Assembly: GCF_004010195.1 (NCBI RefSeq)
Contig: NC_057718.1
Location: 32,006,980-32,063,703 of the forward strand
Origin: Chiloscyllium plagiosum
Taxonomy: Eukaryota
DNA: 56,724 nt
Reading direction: 5' to 3'
Part shown: positions 49,280 to 56,724 of the stretch, piece after piece
Layout: every line of letters starts with the position of its first letter
Position numbering within the stretch: position 1 is the stretch's first letter
The notes under the pieces: model-generated
The model's input: only the letters and a program-made list of their open reading frames with translations
Told to the model about the DNA's origin: nothing
Databases searched by the model: none
Position numbers and translations under genes: made by a program

Positions 49280-50415
49280 ACATAGTATGGGAAACAGGAG
49301 AAGTGGTGGATAATTTGGTCCTTTGTGTCTGTTTGCCATTTACTAAGATCATGGCTGATCTGATCAAATCTATTTTCCTGTCTGCTAGCCATATCCTAAA
49401 CTCAGTTGTTGACCAAATATCTGTCCACCTCAATTACAAATATAGTCAATGATTGAGACTCCACTACTCTCTGGGGAAGAGAATTCTAAAGATTAATGAC
49501 TTTCAGAAAGAGGATATTCCTTATTTCTGTCTTAAATGAGATACCCCTTATTTTGAAATTGTGCTCCTTTGTTCTAGGGAAACGTTGTTTCAGCATCCAT
49601 CCTGTCAAACTATCTAAGAGTCTCTATGTTTCTCAAACATTTCCTCACATTCTTCTCAAGTCCAAAGATTATGAGCCAAACTTAATCAGCCTTTCTTCCT
49701 AAGACACTCAGTGGTTAGCACTGCTGCCTCACAGTGCCAGGGACCCAGGTTCAATTCCTGCCTCAGGCAACTGCCTGTGTGGAGTTTGCAAATTCTCCCC
49801 ATGTCTGTGTGGGTTTCCTCCGGTTTCCTCCCACAGTCCAAAGATGTGCAGGTTAGGTGAATTAGCTGTGTTAAATTGCCTGTAGTTTTAGGTGCATAAG
49901 TCAGGGGTGAATATAGGGGAATGGGTCTGGGTGGGTTGCTCTTTGGAGGGTCGGTGTGAACTTGTTGGGCCGAAGGACCTGTCTCCATGCTGTAGGGAAT
50001 CTAATCTCATCACAATCTTTTCAACCCAGAAGTGAGCCTACTGAGCTTTCTCTAAACTGCCTTCAGTGTGATATATCTCTCTCTAAATAAGGAGATGAAA
50101 ACTGTACTTAATAATCTAGCTGTAATCTCAGCAATGTCATATAGAATTGTAGCAATTATTCTCCAGTTTTATACTTAAATCCCTTTGCAGTAGGTGCCAC
50201 TTGTTTTCCTAATTACATACTGTAACTGTATGCTAACATTTTGTGATTCATGTACGAAGGCATCCTTTATACCATAACATGCTGCAGTTTGTCTCCAATG
50301 AAGTAATATTCTGCTTTTGTCTTTCTGCTGCCAAGCTGGACAACCTCACAGTTTCCAAGATTATATTCCATTTGCCAAATGTTTGCCCACTTAAACTATC
50401 TATATTCCTTAGCAG
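49280..50415 (-). mobile_element. Old CR1 LINE 3' region interrupted by an HE1 SINE
   Basis: CTCTCTGGGGAAGAGAATTC, CCCCTTATTTTGAAATTGTGC, CCTCACATTCTTCTCAAGTCC and GGAGATGAAAACTGTAC are reverse CR1 3' motifs. Confidence 0.7.
49707..50007 (+). mobile_element. HE1-type SINE
   Basis: CTCAGTGGTTAGCACTGCTGCCTCACAGTGCCAGGGACCCAGGTTCAATTCC...GGGAATCTAATCT. Confidence 0.93.
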
Positions 50416-51694
50416 GCTTTTCAACGACACGTTCCATCGCAGTGATGTCAGCCTCGCTATTGCTTCCCATATGTTTAAAGCGAATAACGTTAATGCTGAC
50501 TAGAAGTATATTCCACTTCATTTCTGCACTGTGTGGGTGAATGCCAGAGATTAGCTGTTCAACTGAGTGAAGGAGTTGTTATTTTTATCTGGGTAGGTAT
50601 ATGCGAATGTTGATTGGAAACTGCATTTTTGCTTTGAAATAAAATCTTCAAAAGTTGCAGCCTAACCTTGGTGCATACAAGAGAGTGATCTTTATCACAG
50701 TCAGCACTGTGGAAAGATAACATTTGCTGGATAATCCTGAATGTGTGAAGAATTATACCGCCAACTAATTTAGGATTGATAGTTGGGCTTGTAGTGTGGC
50801 ACACTTGCGCAAACAGGAAGCTATACTTACTAATACTAGTTCTTTGTAGATAGAAAGAACATATGCATGCATTGTACCTTTTTCAACTCAACGAGATAGA
50901 TTACAGCTATTGGCTGCAGTGCCCTGATGAATCAGTATCTACCAGTTTGTGTTGAAATCTAAGCAAAGTTGGCAGTTAACTGTCAACCTCTGCAATCTGC
51001 ACTGTGTTTTCCATGGCAGTGACTATACCAATCAATTTCCAACCAGTCAGCACTGTCCTCTTAGATACAACATTAATGTTGATTTTCCTCTGTATTGATA
51101 TTCTTGTAAAATGTCCTGATGTGTGCAAGATGAAAAACCTGTGACTTCTCTAAGTAATAATTTGGAACATATTGTTCTCTTTCAGGATGACTGGCCGTGA
51201 ACAGTGGAATGCAAGCCTACCTTTACACATTTCTACTTGTTTTTATTCACAGAGATACAAATTGTAAATATGCACTTCCTAACATAAAACCCCAGTTACA
51301 GCCTATTCCAATTCATAGCAGCACAAATAAATCCCATTAATTGATATTCAATGAATGTAAAATAGGAACAAGAGTAGCCCTTTAGGCTGTAACCCTGCTC
51401 CTTTAAAATAACACCACACAGGATTTTAAAAAGCTTTGCACAAGAAATAGTGCCTTTAAGATATGCACATGTGACCTTATGATAATGTTAAAAGAATTGT
51501 AGAGTGCAACAAATGAGCTGCACGCTGTGAAGACAGATTAAAATGAATACTGGTTATTGAAATTAATCACTATTCCCAGTACAACATAAAATCACAGCAG
51601 CTGCTTTATCTTAGGGAGGTGTCTGTTTTAGTCTCTCATTTGGCTACAGTATGGATTTTGTCTGTGCCAGAAAACTACAGTGGTGTTGGGACAA

Positions 51695-51983
51695 GGTTAG
51701 CACTGCTGCCTCACAGCACCAGGGACCCAGGTTTGATTCCAGCCTCAGGCGACTGTCTGTGTGGAGTTTGCACATTCTCCCCGTGTCTGTGTGGGTTTCC
51801 TCTGGGTGCTCTGGTTTCCTCCCACAGTCCAAAGATGTGCAGGTCAGGTGAATTGGCCATGCTAAATTGCTCATGGTGTTAGTTGCATTAGTCAGAGGGA
51901 AATGGCTCTGGGTGGGTTACACTTTGGAGGGTTGGTGTAGACCTGTGGGGCCGAAGGGCCTGTATCCACACTTTAGGGAATCT
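51695..51983 (+). mobile_element. HE1-type SINE
   Basis: GGTTAGCACTGCTGCCTCACAGCACCAGGGACCCAGGTTTGATTCC, core and tail. Confidence 0.93.
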
Positions 51984-54900
51984 CATAATTAAAAAAAAGA
52001 AACTTTGATCCTTAAATCATTTTTTTCTGAAGATGATGATATTGGGAATTAATGATTAGTCAAAACTTTCACTGCATGACTATTTATATAAGTGGTCATC
52101 TGCTGAGGATGTTTCACTAATTTTTCCATTCTGACTTTCTTAAATTAGCTCCCTTGCACTCATGCACTCAGTCTTTTGTTTGAGCTAAAAAGTCAGTGCC
52201 CTGAAAGGATCATCAGAGAGTTTTAATACACGTTTTTGAAAAGCACTCTGACCTGCTTTTGTTTCTAATGTCAACATTACACCCCTACAAGTTTCACACT
52301 GATAAATTATGTGAGGGTTATATGTAACCTAATGGATTTACAGCTGTGTAAGTAAGTTCAATTCAGTCAAAACTTCTCAGTCCATTGCTCAATTTGATTT
52401 TATTGTAAGTGATGTGACTAAACAATTATTTCATATTTCTTGCTGTCCTCCCTTCCATATATCCTGCTGTAGTGGGAAGCTTGCTGATTCTGAATGCAGG
52501 CCATGGTTTTATCAATACTCTTCGGTGCCCCTTTGAGGTGATGAGTTTTGACCGGTTTTGCTTGAGTGCACAGCGGGATGAGTTGCAAACTTACTTCCTA
52601 TTCCAGAAAATGAGGTCCACGACAAAGTGTCTGCTTCTCATCAGCAAGGTATTTCTGAGTTTTACTGAAGATTATAAACTTCATAAGATCTTGCTTCTAT
52701 AAGAGGTGTTCAACGTCTTAGGTGGAATTCACTGAAATCCCTAAAGAAGATGAATGGTATTTCTTACCATGTCCCATTGCAATTGTAGCATTTTCATAAT
52801 GAACAACATACTAAAAACACCATTTCTATTATGTCAGTGTTGTTACTGGATGGATAAACAAGGAAGTACTTCTGTTGAAAAGTAATTGTTACTTTTGAGT
52901 TAAATTCTGTCTAAGTTCAGAGCAACTGAACAGTGATCATGTGGGTTTTCTTTCAAGGATTAGATTCTTAAATTTGGATACATTTGGAATTCTGAAATTA
53001 CGTGACCTGTATGTGAGTGGTTAGTGTGCATGTTTGCTCAGTTCATTTTTGCTTCTCTAAATCCTGATGAAATTTTTAACTGTTGTATTAACATTTCTGG
53101 TCTGTTACCAATGACAGCTGCTGCCTGCAAGACAAGGTTTCTGTCACTGAAGTACCAGCTAAAGAGGAGTGTGGTTGGAGTTTTGGTATCTCACAATCTG
53201 AATTCAAGCTTCCTGCACAATTTTACATTTCCAGATAGGCACATAAATGGTTATTGCAAATTGCTGTTTGTGGTAGATGTTTAAACATGTGTCAATATAT
53301 AGGTGCAATTTTGTTCTTTTACTGCAGCATTCCAAAACGCACATTGTTTTTGGTGCTAGTGAGAAGGCTTAGAAAACGTAATGTTTAATGGGAGATTCTA
53401 CCACAATTTGCTGTGATCTAATTTTCTAGCCTTAGGTTAATACATTCCTATTTCTTTCACAATTTCTTATTTTCTGCTCAGTGTTGATTTAGGCACTGCT
53501 TTATCTCAGCTGATTGTTTTGTCAGTTGTTTGCTCTTCAGCAGCTGGAGTTCAGCAGCAGGCCCCTTCTGGCTGACAAGACAGAGCCTCTTTAACTGACA
53601 TTCATTTTTGTATCTGGCGTCAGAATGCCATGTTTTCATCGTTTGAGTGCCTTTTGCAGAAGTACCTTTTGTTTATTTTTCTTTGGCTTTCAAGTGTTTG
53701 GTGATGTTCTGTTGCAACAGCCAGGGACATCACTCCTCACTGCTGACCAGTTTCTCCAAATAGAATTGGATGTTTGCAGTCATTCGCTAAGAACGGTGTC
53801 AGGCTTGTGCTCTTCCGTGTTTGATTTCATTGTTGATGTTCATTGTGACAGCTCATACATGAAGAAAACCTACTTAAACAAGGTATCAAACAGCTACTGG
53901 CATAAATGCACAAAATATCGGAAAATAGATTTGGAAGCAGAGGTTAGTCAAGAAAGATGGGTAGGCAGGGCAACATCCCATGATCAGATCATATATGTGA
54001 ATCACTTTCTGATTGTCCTTCTTCTCCTCCCCTACTTCATTTCATCAATAACTTTGTACTTCCCTAAATACCTTCACTGATTAAGTCTCATGGTTGAAAA
54101 CCTGAGTCCTTACAGAACACATTTGATGAACAATTAGAGAAAAATTGTAATCAAATAAGCTGAAATAGATCTAAATGTTCCAACAAATGTAAAAGTCCAT
54201 AACTAGATAGTTATTCAGTTTAGGAAGGGAAACCAACACTTTTGGTCATTTTATTGCTGCTTCATTATGTTTGCAGTTTTCTACATTAAAAAAAAAATCT
54301 GATGTAAAAAAGTGAAGATCTCGTCTATCGAATGTTTAAAGTTGTCATTTATTCCTTGAATTGCTATATTTTTGCTCTCACTTTATACATTAATAAACTT
54401 GATTTTCTATGAACAAAGCACAAAAATGTTGGTATGTACCATTTCAGAAAATGAATAGCCAGTTATACTTTCCTTTACCCAGCACTGACATCCTTGACTT
54501 TAATGTGGATAATATTTACATTTGCTTTTAAAACAGAGCAAACACACAAAGTTGATTTTAACCAAAACTTGGGCGTTTTCCCCTCATTAGGTATGACTCT
54601 CCTTGTGAAAAGGAAGCTGGCTATTGAGGCATTGGTCATTATTTACTAAACTGCCATGGGGAAGGGAGGATAAAATACAGTTAAGACCAAAACAAATGAA
54701 TTTGATAATGTAACTATTTAAGAATTCTTTCATAGATTTTATGTATTGGCTGAAAGGTTGAACTGAATTGAGTAATAATCAAATTTGCAAGTATTTCCCA
54801 TTCCATTTTGATGGAAAAATATTCTTCAATGCTGGGTGGTGTTCAATCTGTTTGAATTCAGGCTGATGGGATAAGTATTTCCTTTTTTTCTGGCACTCAG

Positions 54901-55227
54901 TTAGTGTTTTGCAAACCAGTTTATAATGGATTGGTCATCATTTAATGTCTTTTTCCTGATTACATCCCCTTGTGAGTCATCTCCGAATGCCCTTCTGTGT
55001 GAAAGGTACTATTTAATTGTAAGTTGTTGTAATAACACTAAAATGGAATGTGCATGTGAGCGTGCTTCGTTATAGTTACTTGCCAATTATTTTGCAGAAA
55101 GATACATACACTGTGGGAAGGAGAGTGCCACCTGGTCTTTTAAGAATTTAAATATTGGGACAGGCTATTTTCTATGTAGTTGTGTTGCAAATGAATAAGC
55201 CATAAGTCAGCTCACTCAGTTCTATTT

Positions 55228-55442
55228 AGTAGACAGGCAGGAGGCTGGGAGAACACAGCAAGGCAGGCAGCATCGGGAGGTAGAGAAGTCGATGTTTCGG
55301 GTGTAAGCCGTCTTCAGTCCTGAAGAAGGGTTACTCCTGAAACATTGACTTCTCTACCTCATGATGCTGCCTGCCTTGCTGTGTTCTTCCAGCCTCCTGC
55401 CTGTCTACTTTGGATTGCAGCATCTGCAGTGTTTTTTGTCTC
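55228..55442. mobile_element. Palindromic Penelope-derived insert (90-bp arms, 2-nt spacer) with twin hammerhead-like cores
   Basis: Arms 55228-55317 and 55320-55409 meet at TCTTCAG-TC-CTGAAGA. Plus strand reads CTGAAGA-AGGG(TTACT)CCT-GAAA-CATT. Confidence 0.88.
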
Positions 55443-55924
55443 CTGCCAATGGCACTGCCCATAGAGAGATCATAAGTTAAAGCACCATGTCCAGTTCTTC
55501 ATTACCCACTGGGAGAAATTTGTCCTTCACCTAATATTGCTAGCACTGTGTCACTGAATTAGGGAGCTCAATAGTAAAAACAGCAACAACCATATGCATT
55601 ATATTGCATCTTCCATGTCGTGAAATATTCAAAAATTCTTCATAGCTCCATTATCAAAGCAGATTAAAAGTCTTGTTGGTTCCTGCCTTTACCAGCAGTT
55701 CCAAATCTTCTGATTGGAAAATTCAGGGATCTGTGGCCATGCAATCCTAGGATCCTCTCTTACTCAACACTTCAGTGTCCTTCCATATTAACTTGCCTGA
55801 TCAATCTTCAACAAATTAGGTACCTCCTCATTCTCTGGATTAAACTCCATTTGTTATTGTTCCAATCACCTGACTAGTCCTACAAATCCTACACATTGGC
55901 TCAAGCAGGTTAGAGAATTTACAT

Positions 55925-56580
55925 GCATGTCTTAAAGAGTAGTGTGGGAAGAAGGGGCAATATTCAATGCATTGTTGTAATTTTCCAAATTACCCTCAAT
56001 TCTGGAAAAGCCCCATCAGATGAAATAATAGCAAATGTAATTCCTCAATTCAAGAAAGAACGGAGGTGTGCAGTAGGAAACTACAGGCTAGTTCGCCTAA
56101 ATTGTTTTTGAGAAATGCTATAATTAAGGAGATTAGAGCAGTGCACTTAAAGGACCTCATCGCATTCAGGCATGGTCAGCATGATTTTGCAAAAGGGAAT
56201 CACGGTGTTTGATTAATCCATTCAAATTCTTTGAGGAAGTGATAAATCGCATGGATAAAAGGAAATCTGTAGATATGCTGTACTTGGATTACTGGAAAGC
56301 AAATGACAAGATGCCACATCAAAGGCTACTACACAAAATAAAAGCTCACGGGATAGAGGGGACAATATTAGCATGCAAAGAGATTTGATGAGCTAACACA
56401 AGGTATTGAGTAGGGATAATGTGTCTTTTTTCAGGTTGGCAAGCTCAAAGCAGTGGAGTGCCACAGGGATCATGACTAGGCTCTCAGCTATTTACAATCC
56501 TTGGCAATGACCTGGATGAAAGCACTGAATGTATATTTGCTAAATTTGCTAATGACACAAAGATAGGTAGGAGAGTAAGT
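55925..56580 (+). mobile_element. Old CR1 LINE RT region
   Basis: ORF 55923 IFQITLNSGKAPSDEIIANVIPQFKK..GNYRLV; GGAGTGCCACAGGGATCA (GVPQGS); AAATTTGCTAATGACACAAAGATAGGT (KFANDTKIG). Confidence 0.85.
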
Positions 56581-56724
56581 TCTGGATCAGTGGTGCTGGA
56601 AGAGCACAGCAATTCAGGCAGCATCCGAGGACAGGCAAAATCGACGTTTCGGGCAAAAGCCCTTCATCAGGAATAAAGGCAGAGAGCCTGAAGCGTGGAG
56701 AGATAAGCTAGAGGAGGGGGGGGG
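56581..56724 (-). mobile_element. 3' end/pLTR of a Penelope-like element running off the window, with intact hammerhead core at 56643-56670
   Basis: Minus strand CTGATGA-A-GGGC(TTTT)GCCC-GAAA-CG-TC^GA. The arm is nearly identical to 16566-16660, but the sequence continues past the ribozyme instead of folding back. Confidence 0.82.

Noticed and set aside
51316..51340. miR-15/16-like seed TAGCAGCAC
   Set aside because: The rest does not match the family and no precursor hairpin is evident.
11045..51882. Many recurring ORFs with LTCTSLDCGRKPEHPEETH or VAQWLALLPHS peptides
   Set aside because: These are translations of HE1 SINE copies, not a gene family.
11297..51983. tRNA genes suggested by A/B boxes
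   Set aside because: All are SINE heads continuing into V-domain and LINE-like tails; no stand-alone cloverleaf was seen.
52538..52658. C/D box snoRNA (GTGATGA ... CTGA)
   Set aside because: No terminal stem and no recognisable rRNA/snRNA guide.
53625..54080. 151-aa ORF as a single-exon gene
   Set aside because: No recognisable homology, and it reads through a polypyrimidine tract.
1..56724. CRISPR array, operon or other prokaryotic system
   Set aside because: No regularly spaced repeats or dense ORFs; the content is vertebrate retroelement-rich DNA.

Overview
Repeat-rich vertebrate non-coding DNA, almost certainly from a shark: it is dominated by elasmobranch HE1-type tRNA/V-domain SINEs (~18 copies or fragments) and their CR1/HER1-type LINE partners. 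I recognise no host protein-coding exon, tRNA, rRNA or CRISPR array, and nearly all listed ORFs are repeat-derived or spurious. Also present are a fragmented RTE LINE, an internally deleted Penelope-like element (PLE), a ~970 bp solo LTR with a 4-bp target-site duplication (TSD), several nested insertions and one 107-N gap. The most striking signal is about a dozen short PLE-derived inserts carrying minimal hammerhead-ribozyme (HHR) cores (CUGANGA-stem II-GAAA-CG-UH). Several are long near-perfect palindromes and several are flanked by 12-15 bp TSDs. Stem II covaries between copies, and in one copy the inverted arms supply a long helix I. Family names come from recognised motifs, not database searches, and boundaries of old repeats are approximate.
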